Of a stretch of 64,000 bases of DNA, positions 20,238-30,615 are shown piece after piece (positions within the stretch are counted from its first letter, which is position 1; every line of letters starts with the position of its first letter). Both the position numbers and the translations under genes were made by a program. Source of the DNA: Patescibacteria group bacterium (GTDB lineage: Bacteria; Patescibacteriota; Microgenomatia; UBA8517); NCBI GenBank assembly GCA_038206135.1, contig JBBRBD010000002.1, positions 2,896 through 66,895 of the forward strand. Direction: 5' to 3'. Under the pieces are notes generated by a model. It saw nothing but the letters and a program-made list of their open reading frames with translations, made no database searches and had not been told where the DNA came from.

Positions 20238-20303
20238 TTAAGTATCTTATCAAAAAACAAACACTCCATCGAGGAGTGTTTGTAAAAAAACTAATGATAT
20301 TTT

Positions 20304-20645
20304 TTATGTGCCGGTTACGCTTGCAATTGAGAAATTCAAGATCGATACACCAAACACTGTTTGTACTAACTGTGCAATAGCCCATGCTGAGAATATAATT
20401 ACAAGACCAATAAGAGCTGCTGTAATTTGTCCTCGAGCGGCTTCTGTTTGAGCTTTATCTCCACCGGAGAGTACCCAACGGAGACCTCCGACGATAAGCA
20501 TAAAGAAGAAAATAAGTCCTGCAACGGCAACTATTAGTGTAATTGCCCAACTAACTAGATCACCCAATTGAAAACCAGTCGGATTTCCAACTCCACTAGG
20601 ACTTAAGTTGAATGATTGTGCGAACACTGTAGATAATAAATTCAT
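20304..20645 (-). CDS. TrbC/VirB2-like pilin
   Basis: VFAQ; GGLRWVLSGGDKAQTEAARGQITAALIG; AAGGAGGTG SD. Confidence 0.85.
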   Translation of the reverse strand: MNLLSTVFAQSFNLSPSGVGNPTGFQLGDLVSWAITLIVAVAGLIFFFMLIVGGLRWVLSGGDKAQTEAARGQITAALIGLVIIFSAWAIAQLVQTVFGVSILNFSIASVTGT

Positions 20646-20788
20646 GTCATTTCGTCACCTCCTTAAAAGATTTTGTAAAAATCGTATATAATAACACGAT
20701 TCTTTTTTTAATGTCAAACTATACACACATGCTGATAGTTCATATATATTTATCGCGTATTTGGCAGGTAAAAGTCAAGAGGATAGTA

Positions 20789-21130
20789 TTAAGTGGCAGG
20801 TTGCATAAGCGGCGCTAGATTTATATTCAAAAGACTGATTCCAAAGACTGCCTCAACTAGTTTTGCAATTGCCCAAACACTAACCATAACTACCAGCCCT
20901 GTAATTGCTTGTGTTATTTGTGCTCGTGCATTTTCTATTTGAGCTTTATCTCCACCAGATGTAATCCATCTGATACCACCAATTAAAAGCATAAAAAAGA
21001 AGGCAAGGCCTCCAATCATAAACAAGAGCGTAATCATTTTTGGAATGAAGTCTCCAAAAAATGTGGCACCGTCTCCAGTCAGTTTAGGTGTTGCGAGGTT
21101 TGTAATCTGTGCGAAAACTGTTGAGTACAT
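20789..21130 (-). CDS. TrbC/VirB2-like pilin
   Basis: GGIRWITSGGDKAQIENARAQITQAITG. Confidence 0.85.
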   Translation of the reverse strand: MYSTVFAQITNLATPKLTGDGATFFGDFIPKMITLLFMIGGLAFFFMLLIGGIRWITSGGDKAQIENARAQITQAITGLVVMVSVWAIAKLVEAVFGISLLNINLAPLMQPAT

Positions 21131-21135
21131 GATAT

Positions 21136-21504
21136 TTATGGTGTCAGAGTTTTTATTGCTGCAGCAAGATTCAAAATATCAAAACCAAGTATCTGGCCGA
21201 CCAAACTCACGATAAAGACGCTAATCACAACAATTACAAGTCCAATTAGTCCGTTAGAGATGCGTTTTTTAGCCGTTTCTACAGCTCCTTTATCTCCACC
21301 CGCAGTAATCCATCCAATTGCGCCTATGAAAAGCGTAAAAATAAACCAGATTCCAGCAACAACAGTCATTACAGCAATGATTGTTGAGATAAGCTTTTCA
21401 AAATTTGCTGCGGGATCTCCACCAGTTGCAAAAATTCCAGTTCCAGGTCCGGAGAAGCCACCCGTAGTTGGTGCAAAATCTAATGTGCCTGCAAGTCTAT
21501 TCAT
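21136..21504 (-). CDS. TrbC/VirB2-like pilin
   Basis: GAIGWITAGGDKGAVETAKKRISNGLIG. Confidence 0.85.
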   Translation of the reverse strand: MNRLAGTLDFAPTTGGFSGPGTGIFATGGDPAANFEKLISTIIAVMTVVAGIWFIFTLFIGAIGWITAGGDKGAVETAKKRISNGLIGLVIVVISVFIVSLVGQILGFDILNLAAAIKTLTP

Positions 21505-21505
21505 A

Positions 21506-21838
21506 TTAAAATGTTAAAGTAGGGTGTAAAAGCGCATCTGCTTTTCCATAAACAAGTAACCCAATTACACCGGCGATCAGGAATGCTCCAACTAAAAATA
21601 CAAGGCCTATGATTGTTTGATATATTTTTGCCCACGCCGATTCCATCCCTTTAGGATTATCACCAGCTGCTAAGAATGCGTAACCTGCCAAGATAAAATT
21701 AAGAAGTGCCCAGATCCCTCCAGCAACAATAAGAACATTAAAAATAAGTTGCAATATGTTTCCAAGCGCAGTTGCTGGGTTACTTCCCCAAACTGCAGTA
21801 GCAGGGGGTTGGTGAATTGTTCCAAAAGGATCAGTCAT
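21506..21838 (-). CDS. TrbC/VirB2-like pilin
   Basis: AGYAFLAAGDNPKGMESAWAKIYQTIIG. Confidence 0.8.
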   Translation of the reverse strand: MTDPFGTIHQPPATAVWGSNPATALGNILQLIFNVLIVAGGIWALLNFILAGYAFLAAGDNPKGMESAWAKIYQTIIGLVFLVGAFLIAGVIGLLVYGKADALLHPTLTF

Positions 21839-21880
21839 ATAAGTTAAATAATAATAGCAAATAAAAGCTTCAATTGAAAA

Positions 21881-22237
21881 CTACGGACAAGGATTGGTAG
21901 GTGTTCCACAAGAACTTACATTTGGTCCTGTAATAAAATTGACACCAGTAATAGACTCCACAATTCTTATTATAAAAAATGAAGCTAGAACAACAATGAA
22001 CCCAATAACCGCCCAAGTTATCGCTTGGTGACCTTGTGCTGAAGCTTTTGGGTCATTGTTCCCAGCACCCATTATTACTTGTAAACCTCCACCTACAAGA
22101 AGGAATACTACAATGACACCAGCAACAACTAATGATCCGCTCAAAATAATCGAAACTAGATCGCCGATGCTTTTTGTCTGTCCAAACGGTGTATTTAGTT
22201 CTTTTCCAATATCTACGGCTGCAAAAATATTAGTCAT
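21881..22237 (-). CDS. TrbC/VirB2-like pilin
   Basis: GGLQVIMGAGNNDPKASAQGHQAITWAVIG. Confidence 0.8.
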   Translation of the reverse strand: MTNIFAAVDIGKELNTPFGQTKSIGDLVSIILSGSLVVAGVIVVFLLVGGGLQVIMGAGNNDPKASAQGHQAITWAVIGFIVVLASFFIIRIVESITGVNFITGPNVSSCGTPTNPCP

Positions 22238-22243
22238 AAATGT

Positions 22244-22624
22244 TTATACAAATGTGCTTGTGATCCCCGGCAAGTTAAATATAGCGCCAATAATTTGAAT
22301 TATGATATAAGCCGTGAGCATGAGCAACAAACCAAGAAAGCCATTCTTAATTCTTTCTTGTCCTGCCTTAACTTTAGCAGGATCACCAGCCGCCGTCATA
22401 AGACTGATCCCTGCAAGCACCAAGTTGATAATGAGTGCAATACCTCCTAAATAAAACAAAAGCCCGACTATTCCATATGGGTAATTGTTGATCAAATTTG
22501 AGAGGTTTGCGTTTCTTAGCAAATAACTGTTGCCTGGTGTCTGATTAATTGACTTTTCAAGATCATCCAAACAACCTGCATTAAAAGTACCAGCAGGGCA
22601 TGCTGCTAAAATTATTGAATACAT
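22244..22624 (-). CDS. TrbC/VirB2-like pilin
   Basis: AGISLMTAAGDPAKVKAGQERIKNGFLG. Confidence 0.8.
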   Translation of the reverse strand: MYSIILAACPAGTFNAGCLDDLEKSINQTPGNSYLLRNANLSNLINNYPYGIVGLLFYLGGIALIINLVLAGISLMTAAGDPAKVKAGQERIKNGFLGLLLMLTAYIIIQIIGAIFNLPGITSTFV

Positions 22625-22639
22625 AAATTATTGTAACAT

Positions 22640-24157
22640 CTAAAAAAGCCCGAGTACATTAACTCCAATTATTCGTAAAATAAAGACAGCAAATGCAAGC
22701 ATTACAAGGCCAGAGAATGCAGAGATTAAAAGTTCTTTTCCCATTTGGAGTTTCGAGACATCTCCACTGCTTGTAATAATTTGGAATGCTGCGGCAATAA
22801 GAACAAGAATTACGAGTCCACCACCAATGCCCAAACCCCATGTTATGAAAAAAGCTTCAAAATTGGTAATAGTCTCAATTGGCACACAACCGATTGCGGT
22901 ATCCACACCTATGATTCCTGCCTTGTTACAATATCCAGCGAAAGCGGCGATGGCAGAGGGTGGTGCAACTTGATTGCATGCCGTTAGGGTAGGACAGCAA
23001 TAGTCAATACTTGTTCCCGTATTAGGAACTGATCGAGAGCAATATACACCACTTGCTTTTGCACAATCAGCGCGACTAATTCCTCCGGGGATACAGGTAT
23101 TCAGAGGCACGCTGCAAATTGAGCCTCTACAACTCCCAGACATACATTCTGAATCAGTTGTACAAGTCCCGGCGAGGGGAATTCTGTTTTCTTTACATTT
23201 ACAAACACCACTACTTGCTTCTATATCAATATCACCCTGTAAACAACTAAATGAGTTGTTTTGTGAGCTATAACAACAATAGCCTCCAATTGAGCCACAA
23301 CCATTGTTATTGGGGATTACACAACTGCCTATCATTGATTGATTAAAGTTTGAACCTGAAGCGTCTACTGGATTAATCCAACAACCATTACATTGACTTT
23401 TGGTGGTACTTCCTTGGCAAGTGATACTCACCACTCCTGCACATTGTCCTCCTCGATTTCCACAATTAAAGTTTCCTGTTTGAACTTGCTTTGTACAAAC
23501 TCCAGGAGCTACAGCTCCGCTTGCGGGAGATGTTGTACACCAATAATTGTCACCACCTACGCATGTAAACCCATTCAGGGCATCACATTGGTCGTTTGTA
23601 ACACATGAAGTTCCATCTCCTCCTTGGCCAGGTATTGCCCCCGGGAGACACTTGCTTCCGATACAAGTAAGACCTTGTTTGCAAGGGTTTGTCCCGGAAC
23701 ATGCCTCGCAAGTATCTGGAAGAGCCGGAGGTTGTGATGAAACAGTTACAGATCCGCTGCAAAGATCTGTTTGTGAGCCCAACAATCCTGCTTGTCTAAA
23801 AACAAGCGTGTTAGCACCATCTACAAAAAGGGGATTACCATCGTTATCGTTCAAAACGGTAAAAGTCCCTCCTGTGTCTGAAATTTGATTCCCAACATCA
23901 ATCCATTTTCCCGTTGAAGGAGAATATATATTGAATGTCGAGTTGGATTTTGATATCCCGCCAAATCCACCCGAGATTTGCATTTCAATATTGTTTCCTG
24001 GTTGAACAGTTGCTGTTAAAACAATCAAATCACAGCTTGCAGCACTGACAGTATTAGGCTTAATACCTGATAAGCATAAGAATAGTGCGCTTATGAGGAA
24101 CAGCAATAAGAATCTCTTCGAATTTTGTAATAACAATTTTCCTTGGTGGAAATTCAT
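22640..24157 (-). CDS. Secreted Cys-rich protein with C-terminal pilin domain
   Basis: Signal peptide, many Cys, DTAIGCVP then TSSGDVSKLQMGKELLISAFSG. Confidence 0.8.
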   Translation of the reverse strand: MNFHQGKLLLQNSKRFLLLFLISALFLCLSGIKPNTVSAASCDLIVLTATVQPGNNIEMQISGGFGGISKSNSTFNIYSPSTGKWIDVGNQISDTGGTFTVLNDNDGNPLFVDGANTLVFRQAGLLGSQTDLCSGSVTVSSQPPALPDTCEACSGTNPCKQGLTCIGSKCLPGAIPGQGGDGTSCVTNDQCDALNGFTCVGGDNYWCTTSPASGAVAPGVCTKQVQTGNFNCGNRGGQCAGVVSITCQGSTTKSQCNGCWINPVDASGSNFNQSMIGSCVIPNNNGCGSIGGYCCYSSQNNSFSCLQGDIDIEASSGVCKCKENRIPLAGTCTTDSECMSGSCRGSICSVPLNTCIPGGISRADCAKASGVYCSRSVPNTGTSIDYCCPTLTACNQVAPPSAIAAFAGYCNKAGIIGVDTAIGCVPIETITNFEAFFITWGLGIGGGLVILVLIAAAFQIITSSGDVSKLQMGKELLISAFSGLVMLAFAVFILRIIGVNVLGLF

Positions 24158-24163
24158 ATGTGT

Positions 24164-25087
24164 TTAAAATAACCCAAGAATAGTTATCCCTAGTATTCTA
24201 AAAATGAAGACTGAAAGTGCTAGTAGAATAATTCCAGAAACGGCAGACATCAAAAGCTCTTTTCCTACTTGTAATCTTTTTGGATCTCCTTGTGATGTCA
24301 TTACCATAAACGAAGCATACACTAAGAATAGTGTACCAATTCCTCCCGCGATACCTAAGCCCCATTTAAGGAAAAAAGCGGCAAATGTGTTAGTATCGCC
24401 AATCGGTATGCATCCAATTGCAGTATCAATATTGTTGGTACTGCAATTTCCTTGAATATTAACACTCGTAACTGGCTGGGTTCCAGTCCCCGGATTTCCA
24501 ATTTGTCCGTTTGGGAGACAGCAGGACGAAACATTGCTGGGACAGCTACCGGTTATTGATGTTTCTGTTCCACTACAAGCTGTTTTGCATGTTGCTTTTG
24601 GATTCACTGAAGTACACGCACCTGGATTAACAGCAGTTGTACAAGCAGAGGCACAGGTTGCTGAGTCTGTGTATGGAGCAGGTGGGCCACTTGTGCAATC
24701 AGGGATTGATGTCTGTGGATCATAATCACATTGAGAGCAAGATTTAGCGCCAGTAGCCGAGGTATCACACTTATAACCTCCATTGGGAACTGTTTGTGTA
24801 GTACAAGGGATAAATAAAGGCTGATTAATACAAGAACTCACTGGTTGGCTCCGACAAAATGAAAAAAGATCTGAGCTCGGAGGGGTAGCTCCCGTAGCAC
24901 AACTATTGGCAGCTGGATTGCCTCCTGGAGCTGGACCCGTTTCACAAAATTGTGTTGCATCTTGATATACACAAACAACACAACCTTTACTGGGGTCAGG
25001 ACAAGACGATGCTTGAGCTAATACTTCTTTTTTTGAAACATTGAACAACAAAAAGACTAGGACTATGAATGATATTGCTTTTTTCAT
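24164..25087 (-). CDS. Secreted Cys-rich protein with C-terminal pilin domain
   Basis: Signal peptide, Cys-rich region, DTAIGCIP then TSQGDPKRLQVGKELLMSAVSG. Confidence 0.8.
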   Translation of the reverse strand: MKKAISFIVLVFLLFNVSKKEVLAQASSCPDPSKGCVVCVYQDATQFCETGPAPGGNPAANSCATGATPPSSDLFSFCRSQPVSSCINQPLFIPCTTQTVPNGGYKCDTSATGAKSCSQCDYDPQTSIPDCTSGPPAPYTDSATCASACTTAVNPGACTSVNPKATCKTACSGTETSITGSCPSNVSSCCLPNGQIGNPGTGTQPVTSVNIQGNCSTNNIDTAIGCIPIGDTNTFAAFFLKWGLGIAGGIGTLFLVYASFMVMTSQGDPKRLQVGKELLMSAVSGIILLALSVFIFRILGITILGLF

Positions 25088-25167
25088 ATAACTTGTTTTA
25101 AGTGTATCAAATTTTTAGCAACTGAAAATCCCAAATTACATAGAATCCAGACTGGTATAATCAATCA

Positions 25168-26865
25168 ATGAAAAGAATTAGACTCCTTTTTTTGCTCGCT
25201 GTTTTTACTTCCACTTTGTTTCTTTTTCCAAAAGCTTTTTCTTTCGCTGATATCAATTGTGATAGCGGCAGTTTAAGTGGATCTGATATTGATGTGTGCT
25301 TGGCTAAACTTCAACACGATGCTGATGCCTTGGCACCTGCAAACGAGAATAATAAAAAAGAACTTGCTGCATTGCAGGCTCAAGTTATTAAGCTAAAAGC
25401 AAGTATTGCAAGCTTAACCAAACAAGTTAGCTCACTGAGTACTAAAATTACGACAAGAACAAGTGATCTTTCGTATGCTCAAAAGGTTTTTAATGAAAAG
25501 GCTAACAACCAATACAAGGTCCTGAGGCTATATGATCCGCTTTCAGCTTTTCTTGAAAACCAAAGTGCAAAAGATGTTTTTCTCCAGCTTGAGATGAGGC
25601 AGCGAGCAGTTGACGGTGATCGCATAACGATGGAGACCTATTCAAAAGATTTGGCAGCACTTGCTTCTGACAAAGCTACTCTTGAAAAAAACAAAACAAG
25701 TTTAGCTAATTTGCAAGTCTCAGTGGACAAACGCGCAACTTTTTTGAGTGGAGAAGTTGCAAAAGTTGAAGACTATTTAGCTAAACTTTCTAGTAGGCAA
25801 GAAGAGCTCTTAGCGTTAAAAGCTGGAGGATTTGAAACATCAGTCGGAGATACACCTCCAACTCTAGACCCTTGTAGTGGTGCCCCTGGAACAAGTAGTT
25901 TTTGTGATCCAGGCTTTAGACCAGCATTTGCAGGGTTTAGCTTTGGAGCACCTCACAGAACAGGTATGAGCCAATATGGGGCACTGGGAAGAAGTAAGCA
26001 AGGCCAAAATGCAGAAACAATTCTTGCAGCATACTATCAAGGTTCATCGTTAAATAAAGGGTATCCAGATACCACTATTGGAGTGAGTGGTTTTGGGAGA
26101 AAACCAATTGAAGAATATCTTTTGGGCCTCTATGAAGTTCCCGAAAGTTGGGGCGATCAAGGTGGTTTTGAGGCATTAAAAGCTCAAGCAGTTGCAGCAC
26201 GTAGTTATGCACTCTCTGTAACTAACAATGGTGCAGGAACTATTTGTACTACAGAGGCGTGCCAAGTATATAAACCTCAGCTTAAAACAGGAAAATGGGC
26301 AGAAGCAGTGAGAGCTACTAAAGGCTGGGTGCTTATAAAAGATGGGGGACCAGCGAAAGCATATTTTGCGGCATCAAGTGGTGGATATACAATCAGCCAA
26401 TGGGGATGGAGCGGCATTAAAGATGCTGCTGGTGATTGGCCAGCAACTGCATATGAGAAGGTTGGTGGTTCGCCTTGGTTTTACAAAGGTTGGTTTAGGT
26501 CGAGAAGCGGGGCAACTTGTGGGCTTTCGAACCCTTGGCTTACGAGTACTCAAATGGCTGATATTCTAAATGCATGGCAGGTACTTTTTAACGGAGGTGG
26601 CGATCAGGGCAGAATTAGTCCACACGACAAGTGTTTTGGTGGAAACCCATATTCTATATCTGATTTAGCTTCAATTGGGGGATATTCAAGTGTAAGTAAT
26701 GTAAATGTAGTTTATGGAAACGATGGATCTACAAAGCAGCTTACTTTTCAAACAAATAAAGGCTCTGTTACGATAAACGGTTCTGATCTTCAAAAAGCCT
26801 TTAATCTAAGAGCGCCTGGAAATATTGGTATTAAAAGTTCGCTCTACAATATAGAGAAACTCTAA
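25168..26865 (+). CDS. Coiled-coil SpoIID/LytB-domain peptidoglycan lytic transglycosylase
   Basis: EALKAQAVAARSYA, HRTGMSQYGA, CQVY; signal peptide. Confidence 0.85.
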   Translation: MKRIRLLFLLAVFTSTLFLFPKAFSFADINCDSGSLSGSDIDVCLAKLQHDADALAPANENNKKELAALQAQVIKLKASIASLTKQVSSLSTKITTRTSDLSYAQKVFNEKANNQYKVLRLYDPLSAFLENQSAKDVFLQLEMRQRAVDGDRITMETYSKDLAALASDKATLEKNKTSLANLQVSVDKRATFLSGEVAKVEDYLAKLSSRQEELLALKAGGFETSVGDTPPTLDPCSGAPGTSSFCDPGFRPAFAGFSFGAPHRTGMSQYGALGRSKQGQNAETILAAYYQGSSLNKGYPDTTIGVSGFGRKPIEEYLLGLYEVPESWGDQGGFEALKAQAVAARSYALSVTNNGAGTICTTEACQVYKPQLKTGKWAEAVRATKGWVLIKDGGPAKAYFAASSGGYTISQWGWSGIKDAAGDWPATAYEKVGGSPWFYKGWFRSRSGATCGLSNPWLTSTQMADILNAWQVLFNGGGDQGRISPHDKCFGGNPYSISDLASIGGYSSVSNVNVVYGNDGSTKQLTFQTNKGSVTINGSDLQKAFNLRAPGNIGIKSSLYNIEKL

Positions 26866-26893
26866 ATAACTAGATTTTGATATACTGAAGAGC

Positions 26894-27529
26894 ATGCCAG
26901 ACATTTTTACAAAAAAGGAAGACACATCAAACGAACCAATTGTAGCTGTCTCTCAGACGCCCGAACAAAGCTACAACCCAGTTTCTGCATACTGTAAATA
27001 TCCTGCAAATGTTCATTTTGATGGGACTGATGCGGATGAGAAGATAGTTCTCCTTCTTCGGAAGCATTGGCTCACAAATCTACGCTGGATTTTAACAGCC
27101 TCAGTTCTTATATTCGTTCCACTCCCATTCGTATATTTCCCAATTTTGAATTTTTTACCTGAGCGTTTTTTGGTGGTGACAATTCTTTTTTGGTATCTGG
27201 TAACAAGCGCATATATTTTGGAGAAGTTCTTAAGCTGGTTTTTTAACGTATACATAATAACAGACGAGCGAGTGTTTGATGTTGATTTTTATAATCTTGT
27301 TGATCGAGATATCAGTGACGCAAACATTGCAGATATTCAAGATGTAACAAGTTCAATTAGAGGGGCGATTAGAACTAGTTTTGATTATGGAGACATTCTA
27401 ATACAAACTTCGGCAGAAATTCCAGAACTCGATTTTGAGGCAGTTCCACATCCTGATGAAGTAGCTAAAATTCTGCGAAGTCTGCGTGTTGAAGAAGAAC
27501 AAGAGCAGCTGGAAGGGAGGGTTCGCTAA
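26894..27529 (+). CDS. Membrane protein with bacterial PH domain
   Basis: LRKHW, two TM, YIITDERV, IQDVT, DYGDILIQTS. Confidence 0.75.
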   Translation: MPDIFTKKEDTSNEPIVAVSQTPEQSYNPVSAYCKYPANVHFDGTDADEKIVLLLRKHWLTNLRWILTASVLIFVPLPFVYFPILNFLPERFLVVTILFWYLVTSAYILEKFLSWFFNVYIITDERVFDVDFYNLVDRDISDANIADIQDVTSSIRGAIRTSFDYGDILIQTSAEIPELDFEAVPHPDEVAKILRSLRVEEEQEQLEGRVR

Positions 27530-27745
27530 ATGAATATTCTCGGTGTAGACCTCTGGATTGTTGTGAAGATTATGTTTATTGTTGGAATGCTTGTGTATGT
27601 TACATTTGCCTTCGTTGTTATTCGGCAAGTAGGACACATGACTAAAACCTTAAAGGTTGGTTTTGAAACACCAGTAAGACTGTTGGCGCTAATGCATTTC
27701 ATTGTTGCCATTGGTCTTTTGATCTTGTCAGTCCTTTATTTGTAG
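27530..27745 (+). CDS. Small two-TM protein (DUF5657-like)
   Basis: YVTFAFVVIRQVGHMTKTL motif; abuts upstream gene. Confidence 0.65.
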   Translation: MNILGVDLWIVVKIMFIVGMLVYVTFAFVVIRQVGHMTKTLKVGFETPVRLLALMHFIVAIGLLILSVLYL

Positions 27746-27779
27746 GGGAATCTCTTTCAATCATAGGTTACAATGAAAT

Positions 27780-29633
27780 ATGGACTATGTGAAAATTTTA
27801 GGGGCACCTTCAGCCACTGCAACAACACAAACGCACGAACTTGAACTTCCAGATGGAGGAACACTCTTCCTTCTGATAACACTTCATTCACCAGAAGCGT
27901 CACTGACTCGTATCGAAGCAATTCGAGGTGCCGTTAATTTTTTGCATCACGAAGTAACTAAAGCTGGTTTTAATTTTGAATCATTTGGAGTTTCACTTGA
28001 AAAAACTCTTATTTACCCGCAATTTGAGGCAGTTTGTGCGTATGTTTCAAGTGATGTTGTGTATCTTTTTGCACTTGGAAATATGCAGGCAATGCTTATG
28101 CGAAATAACAATCTTGTGTCTCTCATCTCTGGTTCAAAAACACTCCAATCTGCATCTGGATATCTAAAAAGAGGAGACTCTGTACTTTTAGTTTCGAATG
28201 CATTTTTGGAAATTGCAAAAACTGAGGAACTCATTCCTTATATAGTAGGGAATAAACTGAATGCACTTGAGTCAGATACTGCAACTCGAGTACAAGCAAG
28301 CGAACAACGCGGAGAGTGTGGAATTTTGTGTCTTTCAGATCAAATTTCAGGTTCTCCTTCAATTTCCGTTCCTGAAGCAGAAGATGAGGGTCCGACACTT
28401 GAAGAGGCGACAGAAATTGAGGCAGCTGAAGAAGAACTTCAACTGGAATCCAAACCGCTCGAAGAACCTGAAGAAGTAGAAGTAACTCCACAGATGGAAG
28501 AACGACCGGTTTTTGCAAAAACAGACTCTCCATACGAAGCTCGCAGTAAAAGTAAGCGAATGGCATATGCTGGTGTAGGGCTTCTGATACTTTTAGGTAT
28601 AAGTATCTTCTTTGGTAATAAGGCACGGCTTAAGAAGCAAGAGGCGGCCTCTGTTACAAAAGTAGTAGCCGATGCACAGCAATCACTAGACGAAGCAAAA
28701 TCTATTTCTTCTATAAATAAGTCTCGTGCCAGGGATCTTATTACTAACGCACGAGATCAAGTACTTGGAGTTCACACTGAGACAAAATACCCAGAACTCA
28801 TTTCTATTAAAGATGCGCTTACTCAAAGTCTTGGAGATGTGGCTGGTGTTTACGAAATTCAACCGACAATTTTTTCAGATCTGACACTAATTTCTCAATC
28901 TACAACGGCCGATGGTCTTTCAATTTCAGACAATTTAGTCCGAGTGTTGTCAAAAAACGATAAAAGAGTAGTAACTATTGAGCTTCCTGGAAAAAGAACT
29001 TCTTCTCTGAGTGGTCTTACTCAAGTAAATGGTGCTGCTGAAATTGCAGCCTATACAAAGCGAACATTTGTAATGGGGAGTGATGGTGTTTATGATATCT
29101 CAAATTCTGCACAAAAGCAGATAGATTTGCCCGCAAATCAAGACCAACTATTGTTCTCTTCATTTGCAGGGAACTTATATGTTGTTGATAAATCACAAAA
29201 CCAAATCTGGAGATATTCGGGTGATGGAACAAGTTTTGCGGACAAGAAGGAATGGCTATCTCCTGGAGTAACAGTTGATTTTTCAAAAGCAACAGCAATG
29301 GGTATTGATAGTTCAATATGGGTGTTTAGTGGGACTGGAAAGCTTACTAAGTTTACTATTGGAAATCCTCAAACAATCCCACTTTCTGGGATCACTGATA
29401 CTTTGTCAGACCAAACCCTATTTTTTACAGATAGTGATAGTGAGAGCTTATACTTTTTAAATCCTCAATCGAAAGCAATATACGTTTTTGATAAGAGTGG
29501 TGAACTGATTGCGACATACAGTGATGTTTCTCTTAAAGAGGCACAACATTTTATCGTTTCTGAAAGTGACAAAATTATGATCTACTCAGTTGGCTCAAAG
29601 CTATACTCAATTCCTATCAAGCATATTAAGTAA
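27780..29633 (+). CDS. Membrane protein with degenerate PP2C-like N-terminus and C-terminal beta-propeller
   Basis: SGYLKRGDSVLLVSN, central TM, NLYVVDKSQNQIWRY propeller-like repeats. Confidence 0.6.
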   Translation: MDYVKILGAPSATATTQTHELELPDGGTLFLLITLHSPEASLTRIEAIRGAVNFLHHEVTKAGFNFESFGVSLEKTLIYPQFEAVCAYVSSDVVYLFALGNMQAMLMRNNNLVSLISGSKTLQSASGYLKRGDSVLLVSNAFLEIAKTEELIPYIVGNKLNALESDTATRVQASEQRGECGILCLSDQISGSPSISVPEAEDEGPTLEEATEIEAAEEELQLESKPLEEPEEVEVTPQMEERPVFAKTDSPYEARSKSKRMAYAGVGLLILLGISIFFGNKARLKKQEAASVTKVVADAQQSLDEAKSISSINKSRARDLITNARDQVLGVHTETKYPELISIKDALTQSLGDVAGVYEIQPTIFSDLTLISQSTTADGLSISDNLVRVLSKNDKRVVTIELPGKRTSSLSGLTQVNGAAEIAAYTKRTFVMGSDGVYDISNSAQKQIDLPANQDQLLFSSFAGNLYVVDKSQNQIWRYSGDGTSFADKKEWLSPGVTVDFSKATAMGIDSSIWVFSGTGKLTKFTIGNPQTIPLSGITDTLSDQTLFFTDSDSESLYFLNPQSKAIYVFDKSGELIATYSDVSLKEAQHFIVSESDKIMIYSVGSKLYSIPIKHIK

Positions 29634-29637
29634 CTGT

Positions 29638-30195
29638 ATGAAGGATGCGCGACTTACCGAGCTTGCAAATAAAATATATACTTCAGAATTATTCACAAGT
29701 TCTACGGAGAACTGCACCTTAAATGAAAAGCAAAATATCTTTTTGATTGCTGGAGGAGTAAAGCCTGTTGGTTTTGTTAGTTCATGTCACAAAAAAGACT
29801 TAGGAGAAGGGGCTTATGAATACGAAGCTGATGATGCAGACTTTGTCGTGAAGTTCCTATCAAGCTTAGGATTGTTTAGCAGAGCATTTGGTGACAAACA
29901 CACAACTGACGCAATCATTTCCTTAAAAGAGGAATACTTACTACAACTCGATTCGAAAGCAGATGACCATCGACTAGCGGGAAAACTTTATGGATACCCA
30001 GACACCGCAGTTGAAGCCTTTTTGATTCCTAATAAAGCCGACATTTTAGAAGATGACGAACAGGACCAAGTGCTTTTAACTGCAGGAATACCAATTTGTT
30101 TCCCTGCATTCAAGATGTCTATTAGTCATTGGCACGAAGAACTTCCTATTGTTCAAAAATGGTATAACTTCTGCAAATTGTATGGACTGGTCTAA
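29638..30195 (+). CDS. Hypothetical protein
   Basis: In-frame ATG at 29638 after the upstream stop; GKLYGYP motif. Confidence 0.65.
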   Translation: MKDARLTELANKIYTSELFTSSTENCTLNEKQNIFLIAGGVKPVGFVSSCHKKDLGEGAYEYEADDADFVVKFLSSLGLFSRAFGDKHTTDAIISLKEEYLLQLDSKADDHRLAGKLYGYPDTAVEAFLIPNKADILEDDEQDQVLLTAGIPICFPAFKMSISHWHEELPIVQKWYNFCKLYGLV

Positions 30196-30241
30196 ATAAT
30201 CCTCAAACTTTTTTTTGAAACAAAAGGACTTCAAGATGTTA

Positions 30242-30614
30242 GGTGGAGACGGAGGGAGTCGAACCCTCTTCTGGAGTGAATCTGACAAAATTTCTACAAG
30301 CTTAGAGTATTTTTTTATGTCCATTCATTTTTATCTAATACTCAAGACAAATAAATGTAAGACTTATTTATCTTTCGATTATATTCGCAAAGTCATCGAA
30401 TACATCGGCATCACGACGGGTTTATACCTAAGCTACTTCGCGTGAGGAAAGTAGTAAGGCAGCTTTTAGGCAAACATCGGTACGAAACCGTGGTTGTCAA
30501 AAGCGACAGAATCGTTAGATTTGTCGTTTGTTTTTTGGCCTCTTTTAACTAGAGTTGGCCAATCTAGGCTTGCTGTTTTGTTAAAGTACATTCCATCGAT
30601 ACCAGGTCGTCCCC
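30242..30614 (-). ncRNA. ssrA: tmRNA
   Basis: 5' GGGGACG pairs with 3' CGTCTCC-A (G3.U70), T-arm GGGTTCGACTCCC, probable tag frame 30525-30466 DKSNDSVAFDNHGFVPMFA*, directly downstream of smpB. Confidence 0.95.
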
Positions 30615-30615
30615 A

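Noticed and set aside
1637-25087. Conjugative element (ICE) or prophage
   Set aside because: No relaxase, coupling protein, integrase or phage structural genes in the window; such T4SS-like pilin loci are usually chromosomal in CPR.
30076-30445. ORFs 30076-30324 and 30215-30445
   Set aside because: They overlap the tmRNA.
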